A DNA stretch of 64,000 bases from Candidatus Methanomethylicia archaeon (lineage in GTDB: Archaea > Thermoproteota > Methanomethylicia > CALHIW01), in contig JAWBQF010000009.1 of assembly GCA_038845975.1 (NCBI GenBank), positions 1 through 64,000 of the forward strand. The letters run 5' to 3'. Under the pieces are notes generated by a model, which was not told where the DNA came from, searched no databases, and was given only the letters and a program-made list of their open reading frames with translations. Both the position numbers and the translations under genes were made by a program. Every line of letters begins with the position of its first letter. The stretch's first letter is position 1. Shown here one piece after another: positions 1-9,404 of this stretch.

Positions 1-221
1 CTAGAATTAGTGAAGAAAATAATGCATTAGGATAGAACTAAGCTATTCGATAACTATATACAATTATGAAGGATAAATGCGATAGTGAGCACGTATTAAT
101 ACTTATGAAGCCAATAGTATACTTACTAAACAAGACATGGATTAATAAAAAGATAAAGCTAAGAACTCATAGAAACACAAACTAAAATAGAGGTAATAAA
201 CATGCTTAAGTCAACAAAGCC
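1..221 (+). mobile_element. 3' end of a degenerate IS6-like element (truncated by window start)
   Basis: Ends in catgcttaagtcaacaaagcc and aligns by eye with the reverse complement of the first ~220 bp of the copies at 20982 and 34170, including the DRTKLFDNY-coding stretch. Confidence 0.85.
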
Positions 222-228
222 TACAAGT

Positions 229-852
229 TTACATAATTTTTATTAATCCTTTCTCCTGCATTGTTTTAAGAACCTCCTTTAATAAATCTTCACTAATCGA
301 AAATTCATCTGCACATTTTCGTAAATTTAATACACCTTTATGTATAACTAAGTAATTCAATATTCTCTCTTCAAGTAAATCTGATAAGTGTTTTGAAGCA
401 ATTTTAAGTTTACTCTCAATGTTTTCTACATGTTTTCTCAAGTATCTTATTTCCTCATCCTTTATGGAGATCATGGCTCTAGTTTTCTTTATTTCCTCCT
501 CAAGGTTAATTCTTATTGTCCTTTCTTCATTTAATTGTTTTTCAATATCTGACGTTTTTAAACGTATCTCATTAAATTTTACTAACATGCTTTCAACCTC
601 ATTAAGTTTTAACTGTAATCCTCTAGATTTCTCTTTCTCCTTTTCCAGCTCCCTTACAAGTTCATTGTAGTCTTTTTTAATTTTCTCTAACTCCTCTCCT
701 TTTCTCTTCTCTTCTTTAAGCATTTTCTCTAACTCTTTTATTCTATCTTGCTGATATGTTAGTGAATCTAGAAGTTCTGTAATAATGTTCACATGTTTAA
801 TCTTTTCTCGGATAATATATGAAAAACCTTTAAGTAACGTGGTAAGCTTCAT
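229..852 (-). CDS. Coiled-coil protein with C-terminal winged helix (CdvB/ESCRT-III-like C-terminus)
   Basis: Long heptad E/K-rich body; C-terminus ILNYLVIHKGVLNLRKCADEFSISEDLLKEVLKTMQEKGLIKI has a winged-helix pattern; divergent from a CdvA-like gene. Confidence 0.6.
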   Translation of the reverse strand: MKLTTLLKGFSYIIREKIKHVNIITELLDSLTYQQDRIKELEKMLKEEKRKGEELEKIKKDYNELVRELEKEKEKSRGLQLKLNEVESMLVKFNEIRLKTSDIEKQLNEERTIRINLEEEIKKTRAMISIKDEEIRYLRKHVENIESKLKIASKHLSDLLEERILNYLVIHKGVLNLRKCADEFSISEDLLKEVLKTMQEKGLIKIM

Positions 853-928
853 AGGCTCCTCAGCTCATATTATGGATAAACCTTATAAATGTTCTTTAAT
901 AATATTGTCATAGTGAAGCTTAACTATT

Positions 929-943
929 TTATGTAATACATAA
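929..943. promoter_or_regulatory. Perfect 7-1-7 palindrome TTATGTA-A-TACATAA between divergent TATA boxes
   Basis: Seen directly; TTTATAAG boxes at 991-998 (+) and 889-882 (-) flank it. Confidence 0.5.
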
Positions 944-1029
944 TGATTACTTTAGACTCTATTTATTAATGATTCTTTAAGTAGAATAGTTTTATAAGAG
1001 TTATTGTAAATGATATGCTGGGTGAGTAA

Positions 1030-1500
1030 TTGACTGCACATTTATGGGTTAAAGATTTTGAAAAGCTTGTTGAAAGCATAAAAATGTCTAATAAGAGAAT
1101 GCAGGTTCTTGCAGAGCTTGTAAAATCTAAAAGAATATCCCAAGTTACGTTTGAATATCTAAGGAAAGGCTATGAATCAGAAGCAAGAAGCCTTGAAGAG
1201 AGGAGGAGGTCTCTTCTAGAGAGGTTAAAAACATATTTTGATGAAATAGATCAGCAAATAAAATCCCTTGAAGAACGTATTGTTAGTATTGAAACAAGAT
1301 ATGTTATAGGGGAAATAGATGAGGAATCTTATAAAAAACAAATAGAAGCATTACAAATAGCGTTGCAAGGAATGATTGAAGAATTAGAGTCAGTTAAAGG
1401 ATCTATAGCTATATTAGAAGTGTCTAGAGTTGAAACACAAATAGTTGTAGAGGAACAGGTAATTCCAGGGGAAAGAAGAGAAGAATTAGAAAAAATCTAA
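1030..1500 (+). CDS. CdvA-like coiled-coil protein (no N-terminal PRC barrel)
   Basis: Repeated CdvA-type motifs LAELVKSKRISQVTFEYL and IETRYVIGEIDEESYKK; SD GGTGA before TTG. Confidence 0.75.
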   Translation: MTAHLWVKDFEKLVESIKMSNKRMQVLAELVKSKRISQVTFEYLRKGYESEARSLEERRRSLLERLKTYFDEIDQQIKSLEERIVSIETRYVIGEIDEESYKKQIEALQIALQGMIEELESVKGSIAILEVSRVETQIVVEEQVIPGERREELEKI

Positions 1501-1758
1501 AACTATTAGAGTAATAATAAAATTATTTTTATCACTTATACAAAACTGGCAATCTTTAAAAAGACATTATATGTCATGAATTAGAAAATTATACTAAAGT
1601 TCAATATTTAAACAGGAAATTCATTAGGTTACCCAGTACAAGTAGCAATTTTATATCAATAATTTTCGATAATACATTTGCTTCTTCCAAAGATTAAGTT
1701 TGCAATAACCTAGAATTTATAGTAATATATTTATACTAGCTATTCTTATTGAAAATGT

Positions 1759-2505
1759 ATGACTGATGTTCAAATTATTGAATTAAAGAAAATTAATATA
1801 GATAGTCCTGTTATTGTGTGTGGATTTCCAGATGTCGGTCTTGTTGGTGCTTTATCAACTGCCCATATTATTCAACACTTGGATATGGATGAAGTAGGTT
1901 ACATTGATTCAGATACTCTTCCTCCCGTAATAGTTTTGCATAAAGGTGAAGTAAAAAACCCTCTAAGACTATATGCTAAAGATAAATTAATAGCTATACT
2001 ATCTGAAATTCCAATACCTCCTGAACTTATTAGACCTATAGCAAGGTCCATTATTGAATGGGCAAAAAAGAAAAATGCTAGCCTTATAGTATCTCTTGCA
2101 GGAATAGCTACACCTAATAGACTTGAAATCGATGAGCCAAAGGTATTTGTAGTATCGTCTAACGATGTAGCAAGAGGTATAGCTTCTAAGCTAAATCTTG
2201 AACCTCTAGAGGAAGGATTCATAGTAGGACCGTATGCTCTAATACTTAAAGAGGGGTTGCTGAAGTCCCTTTCTAATCTAATATTGCTAGCACAATGTTT
2301 TCAGCAGTATCCAGATCCTGGTGCAGCAGCTGCTGTACTTAAAATATTTAGTAAAGCATTAGGCTTACAGATTAATGTTGATTCATTAATTCAAGAAGCT
2401 GAAGAAATTAGAATTAAAACTAGAGAGCTTATGAGAAGAACCCAGAACATAATGAGGCAAATGCAGAAAACTGCTGAATATGAAGTGCCGTTAATGTATA
2501 GGTAG
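1759..2505 (+). CDS. Proteasome assembly chaperone family protein (PAC2/Pba)
   Basis: GFPDVGLVG, PLRLY, SEIP and YPDPGAAA motifs; C-terminal HbYX-like MYR. Confidence 0.88.
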   Translation: MTDVQIIELKKINIDSPVIVCGFPDVGLVGALSTAHIIQHLDMDEVGYIDSDTLPPVIVLHKGEVKNPLRLYAKDKLIAILSEIPIPPELIRPIARSIIEWAKKKNASLIVSLAGIATPNRLEIDEPKVFVVSSNDVARGIASKLNLEPLEEGFIVGPYALILKEGLLKSLSNLILLAQCFQQYPDPGAAAAVLKIFSKALGLQINVDSLIQEAEEIRIKTRELMRRTQNIMRQMQKTAEYEVPLMYR

Positions 2506-2514
2506 GTGACTTAA

Positions 2515-2952
2515 ATGGAGCGACGTCGAAGGTCAATATTTGAATACATTGATGAACTGCGCTCAAAATTCGAGGAAATATTTAATGAATTTGAAGAACA
2601 GTTTGAAAAGCCTATGTTGAATTTTGAAAAGAGATGCTTAGAACCACTAACAGAAATTAAAGAAACTCCTAGCGAGGTTATAGTTACGTTTGATCTTCCA
2701 TGCGTTAGAAAGGAAGATGTAAAACTACACGCTACGGAAAACATGCTAACTATTGAGGCATTAATGTATAGAAAGATTAAATTTGATAAGTTAAAAGCTA
2801 TATATCATGAAACCGAATTTCAATCATATCATAAAGCAGTTAGACTTCCATCATTGGTAGATCCTGAGGCTGCAAGAGCAAGATTCAAAAACGGAATACT
2901 TGAAGTTAGACTTCCAAAAAAATATAAAGCTTATAACATAAGAATAGATTAA
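2515..2952 (+). CDS. Small heat shock protein (Hsp20/alpha-crystallin)
   Basis: DLPCVRKEDV, ARFKNGILEVRLPK and C-terminal IRI motif; SD GGTGA. Confidence 0.9.
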   Translation: MERRRRSIFEYIDELRSKFEEIFNEFEEQFEKPMLNFEKRCLEPLTEIKETPSEVIVTFDLPCVRKEDVKLHATENMLTIEALMYRKIKFDKLKAIYHETEFQSYHKAVRLPSLVDPEAARARFKNGILEVRLPKKYKAYNIRID

Positions 2953-3020
2953 AAGTTTAGTTGTATAAGTACAATTTTAAGATTAGGAAAATATAATTAT
3001 TTATAATTTAAATTATGTTT

Positions 3021-3662
3021 CTATTTAATTCCTTGCATTTTTAACTCACATAATTGATTATATTCACACATGTTGCATTCCCATTGTGGCCATCTTGGAG
3101 TTGATGGATTTCTAATTATTTCACGTATTTCATCATCAGTACATGAGTTATTTATATAATAAAACTTTACTCCATCACTTGCAAAGTACCATAATTCAGC
3201 GTCTCTTGCATCTAGAAGCCATAAGTATATACGTGCCTGTAATATGTGATGTTCAAATGGTGTGTTGACAACACTTCTAACGTTTTTTACTTCTATAATC
3301 CTTTTACAATTTTCATCATATAAATCTACTGAGCCAACAATTAAAAAATTCTTACTATTAATTCTAACTTTCTTTTCATTTCTCACATTGGCTTTCATAT
3401 TTGAAACATTTTCGAGAGCTAAATGAATTAGCTCTCCTCTAATTATATTAGGTTTTAATAGTTTTGACATGCTAATTTCTGGAAATAGTTTTGAATACCG
3501 CCTTTTACGTGAACATTCGCATAACTCATGTACGAATATAACTTCATATCCTTCATTTTCATAGTTTTTCCTATAACTATCTCTTTCATCAATGTACTTT
3601 TTTCTCATGGCATCAATAAGTTTTCTAAGTACTAGTTCACCCTGTAGAGATAAAGTATCCAT
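3021..3662 (-). CDS. Stand-alone Cas4-like Fe-S PD-(D/E)xK exonuclease
   Basis: N-terminal ELCECSRK, GELIH, D..IIEVK, QARIY, C-terminal CNMCEYNQLC. Confidence 0.82.
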   Translation of the reverse strand: MDTLSLQGELVLRKLIDAMRKKYIDERDSYRKNYENEGYEVIFVHELCECSRKRRYSKLFPEISMSKLLKPNIIRGELIHLALENVSNMKANVRNEKKVRINSKNFLIVGSVDLYDENCKRIIEVKNVRSVVNTPFEHHILQARIYLWLLDARDAELWYFASDGVKFYYINNSCTDDEIREIIRNPSTPRWPQWECNMCEYNQLCELKMQGIK

Positions 3663-4161
3663 GTATAGATTCTATCTACATGGGATATATACTTTGCTTA
3701 TTAGTATATTCTTAAACAATTTTAGCCTTATCATACATCATTTTAATCATTTTTCCTCACTTATGAAGGCTTTTAAAACATTGAACTGAATAACCTAATT
3801 TCTTTTCAGATAATTGTAGATAGTGAATTGCTTAATGTTTATAGTTGACCATTAAATGTGATTGATTCTTTTAGTAGTTTTCTCAGTCATATTTTAAATG
3901 AGCTTAGCTATTTACTAGATGTCTCCATAGCTAGTATATGCTAATCTCTATTAGACAGCGTCTAATAGAACAGATTTGATAACTTAAGATGAAAGCTATA
4001 TATGCTAAGTTGTTAGATCCGTAAAACATACCTTAAGTTTAACAATCAACATCAATAAATTCAATATACTCCTATCTACATTTCATTAAGAACATACTTA
4101 AATTTTAAAGATAAATGCAAAGTTTTATGGTAAGCTCATATACTGTGTAATAATGAACTAA

Positions 4162-4446
4162 TTATGGGCTTCGATTATACTGCTTAGGTTTGCCTTTAAA
4201 TCTAATAGCAAATATATCTTCTCCTACAAGTTTATTAACTTTATATTTATACCTATCACTTGGTTTTATAGTTAAAAATGGAGTATTAACATTTCCAAGA
4301 ATATCGATAACCATACCTATCTCTTCTCCATTTTTATTATATACTAACTCGTATATTCTTGGAATTTCATATGCTTCAGCAACAAGATGATTTGTTAAAG
4401 TTTTAAGAACTATCTTACCGATTTTTATAGCACCCTTAACTTTCAA
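4162..4446 (-). CDS. gar1: H/ACA RNP subunit Gar1/Naf1
   Basis: IGMVIDILGNVNTPFLTIKP matches the archaeal Gar1 beta-barrel motif; size fits. Confidence 0.8.
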   Translation of the reverse strand: MKVKGAIKIGKIVLKTLTNHLVAEAYEIPRIYELVYNKNGEEIGMVIDILGNVNTPFLTIKPSDRYKYKVNKLVGEDIFAIRFKGKPKQYNRSP

Positions 4447-4507
4447 AATTACCCCTAATATTTAACTTTAAATATACTATATAAAGTGTACTCTAAAAAA
4501 TATGATT

Positions 4508-4580
4508 GGGAGGCTATGAGCTGGTGATAACCATCTGATTCATGAGGAATGAGCTGAACAGGAAGCCGATGAGCATTTTT
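4508..4580 (+). ncRNA. Candidate small structured RNA (K-turn/K-loop; C/D- or H/ACA-like)
   Basis: G-rich island after TATATAAA (4478-4485) ending in a T5 tract; CTGA-ttc-ATGAGGA, second CTGA then ACA; GGCT/AGCC closing stem; TGGT-GATA-ACCA hairpin. Confidence 0.4.
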
Positions 4581-5115
4581 ACATGATACCGCCATTTTTA
4601 TTAAGCCAACTTACAGTTTTGAGCTATAATATACTTAGCTTATACATTTTATCTGTGATTTTCTTTTACTTAAAAGATGTTTAAAAATTTTACACTTATA
4701 GTTTCTTGTGAACTTAAGTATTCCTGATCACCTTTTATTCTGGTCTTATTTTATCATAAAAATAATGAAATTAAACAAGATGTTTATTCCTACCATAAAT
4801 TTAACAGCTAATAACTACATAAGCGAGAGAAATAATGGACTCAGATTAACTCTAAATCTCAACTATATTGTGCTTAATTATATTTTACAGATGCCTTGTA
4901 GTAGTGGGTCTATCACTTAATATAATTATCTCAGGATTATAAGTAGCCTTAGTTCTTCTAGAAATGTTAAAGATGTAAATATATTTGCAGTATCATAAAC
5001 TTATATGTAAGCATCTTCTTAATCAATACTCAAATATGTAGCAATTCAATGTTTAATTATTAAATGATCTTTAAGGGAATTAGAGGAAATACTAAATATT
5101 TTCTACAATACAAAT

Positions 5116-5793
5116 TTGTATTTACATCATTACAGATTTAAAATACTAATGTTTTTATTCGGGTTTAAGAATTACTTTATGATGCTGCATACATTCAAGA
5201 AAGGAATTAGGGCGCTTGGTATTGCTGAAAGCTTTACACGAGATACTAGTAGCAAGTCAGTTTTAGCTGGAGTCGTTATGAGAGGAGATTTCCTAGTAGA
5301 TGGATTTTCATTTTCATACGTAACTATAGGTGGATTAGATGCTACTGATGCTGTACTAAATCTGTATAGAAAGCTTAATAGGAGGGATATTAGTGTGTTA
5401 TTTATTAATGGATGTATAATTAGCTGGTATAATATCATGGATTTAAATAGAATATATAGTGAACTAAAAATACCGTTAGTATCATTAACGTATAGAGAAT
5501 CGTTAGGCTTAAATGATCATTTCAGAAATATTTTTCCGCAAGATTATGATAAACGTATTGAGATATATAGGAGGAATGGGGAGAGAGAGAAGATTAAGCT
5601 AAAAACAGGTTATGAAGTGTTTGTAAGATATCTAGGTATGGGAAAACCTACCTGTAGACAAATATTAAATAGGTTTACTATAAGTGGAAAGATACCAGAA
5701 CCCGTAAAGGTTGCAAGAATACTTGCTAAATCCATCAACATGTTCCTAACTAATAGTCATAGTTTAAAGTTGTTTAATACTATTTCTTCTTAA
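5116..5793 (+). CDS. DUF99 family / endonuclease V-like protein (true start probably near 5179)
   Basis: GIAESF, GGLDAT, ISWYNIMD and GKIPEPVKVAR motifs. Confidence 0.8.
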   Translation: MYLHHYRFKILMFLFGFKNYFMMLHTFKKGIRALGIAESFTRDTSSKSVLAGVVMRGDFLVDGFSFSYVTIGGLDATDAVLNLYRKLNRRDISVLFINGCIISWYNIMDLNRIYSELKIPLVSLTYRESLGLNDHFRNIFPQDYDKRIEIYRRNGEREKIKLKTGYEVFVRYLGMGKPTCRQILNRFTISGKIPEPVKVARILAKSINMFLTNSHSLKLFNTISS

Positions 5794-5992
5794 TACTTGA
5801 CATAACAATGTTTAAAATATCTTCCGGCTTAAAGTTTCTTCTACCGCCATGTATTTCTACCAAGAATATTTTCTGATCACTTAATCTTTTAATCCTAATA
5901 ACGTCTTTATCTGGATATGTGTAGACATCCAATTGCTCCAGTTCCTTCTCCTTTAAAAGCTTCTTTAGAATAACATTCATACTCTTAGGCAT
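5780..5992 (-). CDS. Small hypothetical protein
   Basis: 70-aa ATG ORF with protein-like composition, convergent with DUF99. Confidence 0.6.
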   Translation of the reverse strand: MPKSMNVILKKLLKEKELEQLDVYTYPDKDVIRIKRLSDQKIFLVEIHGGRRNFKPEDILNIVMSSIKKK

Positions 5993-6130
5993 GCAATTAC
6001 TTAATAGTAGCTATTTAAATATATTTTGCTATAAGCATTCAACTATTATGTAACATAAATGTCTTGAACTAAAGTATGCAGCAAATTAAGCCTACATGAA
6101 TGATATCTACCATATTGAAGTCTACAATTG

Positions 6131-7204
6131 TTAAAAATACTCTATAGAGAAATTATATGCTTTAAGAGTTTCAGCTATAAGAACAGCTGTTCCAGCAGCG
6201 CCTCTAATCATGTTATTTCCAAGTACAACATACTTTAAATATTGTTTGCCGATATTATCGTTTCTTATCCTTCCAACAACAATTGCCATACCGTTTGATG
6301 CTTCCTTATCAAGTATTGGCTGTGGTCTATCAGGCTCTTTCCTCACAATTATTGGTCTTTGAGGAGCTGTTGGGAGATTTAGTTTCTGCGGTAGTCCTAT
6401 AAACGTCTCCATAGCTTTAATCACATCAATGGCATCTATTTCATTATTCATCTCAAGAAAAACATTTATCATATGTCCCTCATATACTGGAACCCTATTA
6501 CAGCTTGCAGAGATTTTAAATTGAGCAGGGAGTATTCTACCATTATAAAATGATCCTAAAATTTTCAATGATTCACACTCAATTTTTTCTTCTTCATTCT
6601 CTATATAAGGTATGATGTTTCCTAAAATAGCCATTGATGGCAGTCCTAAGTATCCTGCTCCTGATATAGACTGCATTGTTGAAATTATAATTCTTTCTAT
6701 CTTCGTTAGGTTAAGTATTGGTTTAAGAGATAATGATAGAATTGCAGCAGTACAATTCGATGTTTTAACTATGAAACCACTCCAATTTCTACTTTTTCTC
6801 TGCTCATTAATAAGCCTTAAATGATCAGGATTTACTTCGGGGATTATCATAGGAACATCATTATCCATTCGATAAATACTAGAATCACTTATTATTGCAT
6901 ATCCTCTTCTAGCAAGTTCAGGTTCAATGTGTGCTGCTATATCTGAAGGTACGGCTGAAAAAAAGATGTCTACATCGTAACTGCCTTCAACATTCCCTAT
7001 GTATTCCACCTTGATTTCACCTATATCATCAGGTAATGAATGATCCATATACCATTTAACAGCCTCACAATACCTTCTACCTGCGGATTTTTTGGATGCA
7101 AATAAGGACACTATGTTAAACCATGGATGTTTGCTTAATATTTTAACTAAGTTTTGACCTACAAGTCCTGTTGCACCTATAACTGCAGCTTTAAGCTTTG
7201 ACAT
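6131..7204 (-). CDS. asd: Aspartate-semialdehyde dehydrogenase
   Basis: GATGLVGQ, IPEVN, catalytic SNCT, QSISGAG, CNRVPVYEGH, NMIRGAAG. Confidence 0.95.
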   Translation of the reverse strand: MSKLKAAVIGATGLVGQNLVKILSKHPWFNIVSLFASKKSAGRRYCEAVKWYMDHSLPDDIGEIKVEYIGNVEGSYDVDIFFSAVPSDIAAHIEPELARRGYAIISDSSIYRMDNDVPMIIPEVNPDHLRLINEQRKSRNWSGFIVKTSNCTAAILSLSLKPILNLTKIERIIISTMQSISGAGYLGLPSMAILGNIIPYIENEEEKIECESLKILGSFYNGRILPAQFKISASCNRVPVYEGHMINVFLEMNNEIDAIDVIKAMETFIGLPQKLNLPTAPQRPIIVRKEPDRPQPILDKEASNGMAIVVGRIRNDNIGKQYLKYVVLGNNMIRGAAGTAVLIAETLKAYNFSIEYF

Positions 7205-8455
7205 TTAATTATCACCAATAATTATATCATGAACTAGATTAGCGGCTCTCTCTTCAAATCCATTACTAACTGCTAATACTGTACTGTTACCTAACGAAAA
7301 TATGGCTTGAATATCTACTTCTTGACTTTTCAACAATTTAGTTACTTTCTGTAGTATTTCTGGATACTGCAGAAAGTTAATACCAACTACAGCTATCATA
7401 CTGGTATCTTCATACTTAATATTTTTTTCATTCAATGTTGATGCTGTAATGCTTAAAGGCTTGTGATGAAAAACAATATTTCTAATTGTAATTACAGTTG
7501 AACCTTTCAAGACACATATGGCCCTAGCTGGAGGAGAGGACTTACTTTTAACTATAAGTGTACCTTCAGAATCTGGATTTAGAATATTTTTAATTCTTAT
7601 AGGAATCCCTAAATCTATTACTGGTTCAAGTGTTCTATAATGGAGTTTTTTAGCTCCAAAGAAACATAGCTCGATAGCTTCATCGTAAGATAGATATTTA
7701 ATAGGTTTTGCTTTTAAAACTATCTTAGGATCAGCTGTCATTAAGCCATCAACATCTGTCCATAACCATAATTCATCAACCATCAAAGATGAAGCTACTA
7801 GCGATGCTGTGTAGTCTGACCCGCCTCTTCCAAGAGTTGTTATTTTACCATTTGTGCTTAATCCTATAAAGCCAGTGATTACTGGAACTATACCTGAACT
7901 TATTATTGGCTCTACCTTTTCCCTTATTAATTTATTAACAGAAGGAATAGGATGGGCATTACCATAGTTTTCATCAGTTATTATTCCAGCCTCCCATCCA
8001 TTAAGTGCTTTAGAGCTAATACCAAGCTCCACTAGATAATTTGAAAATATTGGAGCTGAAAGCCTTTCTCCAAAAGATATAATATTATCAAGAATATCCA
8101 TGGATACATTTGTCATATTTACTAATCCAATTAGTATATTGTTTAATTCATGTATACTTAATCTTACCTTATCTTCCAGTAATCTTTTTAAAGCTTGGTT
8201 TGAAATCCCGTTCAAGATATTTAAATGTTTTAACATAATATTGTCTATAATTTTTCTAGCACTATCCATATCCTTTATGGATAGTTGAGCTGCAGAGATT
8301 AGATTATCTGTTACTCCTGCAAGAGCTGATACAACTACTATAACGCTATCATTAGATTTAACTTTATCAGCAACTATTTTAGCTGCTTTAAGCATTTTCC
8401 TAGAGTCATCAATGGAGGAGCCTCCAAACTTCATTACGATCTTCAATATGAACAC
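7205..8455 (-). CDS. lysC: Aspartate kinase (short regulatory region)
   Basis: KFGGSS, VVSALAGVTD, GERLS, TLGRGGSDYTA, WTDVDG. Confidence 0.93.
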   Translation of the reverse strand: MFILKIVMKFGGSSIDDSRKMLKAAKIVADKVKSNDSVIVVVSALAGVTDNLISAAQLSIKDMDSARKIIDNIMLKHLNILNGISNQALKRLLEDKVRLSIHELNNILIGLVNMTNVSMDILDNIISFGERLSAPIFSNYLVELGISSKALNGWEAGIITDENYGNAHPIPSVNKLIREKVEPIISSGIVPVITGFIGLSTNGKITTLGRGGSDYTASLVASSLMVDELWLWTDVDGLMTADPKIVLKAKPIKYLSYDEAIELCFFGAKKLHYRTLEPVIDLGIPIRIKNILNPDSEGTLIVKSKSSPPARAICVLKGSTVITIRNIVFHHKPLSITASTLNEKNIKYEDTSMIAVVGINFLQYPEILQKVTKLLKSQEVDIQAIFSLGNSTVLAVSNGFEERAANLVHDIIIGDN

Positions 8456-8457
8456 CT

Positions 8458-9404
8458 TTAACTAATTACTTTACAACCATTTGCAGGTTTTGCTACATAG
8501 ACATCAGTATTTAAACCCAGAGATCTAAATTCAGACTTTATAGTTTCTATAATATTATCGATATTCATGCTTTTAGGGGGAATTGCAGCTATGCTTGGTC
8601 CGGCTCCACAAATCATAACTCCTTTAACACCGAGTTTATTAAGAGCTGATCTTATATATGGATAGTATGTGTAGATTTTCGATCTTGCGGGCTCAACAAT
8701 CTCATCGCATATGAAACTACTTAGAAGATCAGAATCCCCCTTAAGAATTCCAATTATAATACCTGCAATTCTACTGGTATTTAATATTAGCTTACTTAAT
8801 TCAACATGTTTTGGAATAACATTTCTAGCATATGATGTTTTCATCGGTCTTATATCTACATGAGGTATAGCTATAACAACTCTTAAATCACTAGGAGGAG
8901 GTATATTAAAAACTTTAACATTACCATTGCTATCGAAACATGTAATAGTAAACCCACCAAGCAATGCTGCAGAAACATTATCAAGATGCGATGTGCCTGC
9001 TGAAGCTATCTCACCCTTTGAAGCCAGTAATACCATATCTTCTACCGATAAATCTATGTTAAAAAGTCTACTTAATGCAAGAGCTGTTGCAGATGCTGTT
9101 GCTGCACTACTTCCAAGACCTAAACCTGGCTTAATACCTTTCAATATGTTTATGTTCAGACCAGACTTAATATTAAATCTTTCAAGAAACTCCTTTGCAA
9201 CTATTCCAGCAGTATTTTCATTAGGGTTTTCGGGAACTTTATAGCCAAAAACTTTTAGTTTAATATTATTTGAATACTTGTTTATTGAAACTTCAACTTC
9301 ATCATAGCATAAATCAATGGCAAGCGCAAATATGTCAAATCCTGGACCTATATTAGCTATACTTGATGGAGCTCTAACCTTAACAGATAATGTATTTAAC
9401 TCAT
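8458..9404 (-). CDS. thrB: Homoserine kinase; start unresolved (ORF track start 9144 is internal)
   Basis: Frame is open from 9483 and encodes VKVRAPSSIANIGPGFDIFALAI, then GLGSSAA, HLDNV, GAGPS; no in-frame ATG/GTG/TTG upstream of 9144. Confidence 0.88.

Noticed and set aside
4530-4570. Hammerhead ribozyme, or TPP/fluoride riboswitch
   Set aside because: Lacks the CUGANGA...GAAA core and the riboswitch consensus motifs.
3021-5100. CRISPR array near the Cas4-like gene
   Set aside because: I saw no regularly spaced 24-40-bp repeats here or elsewhere in the window.
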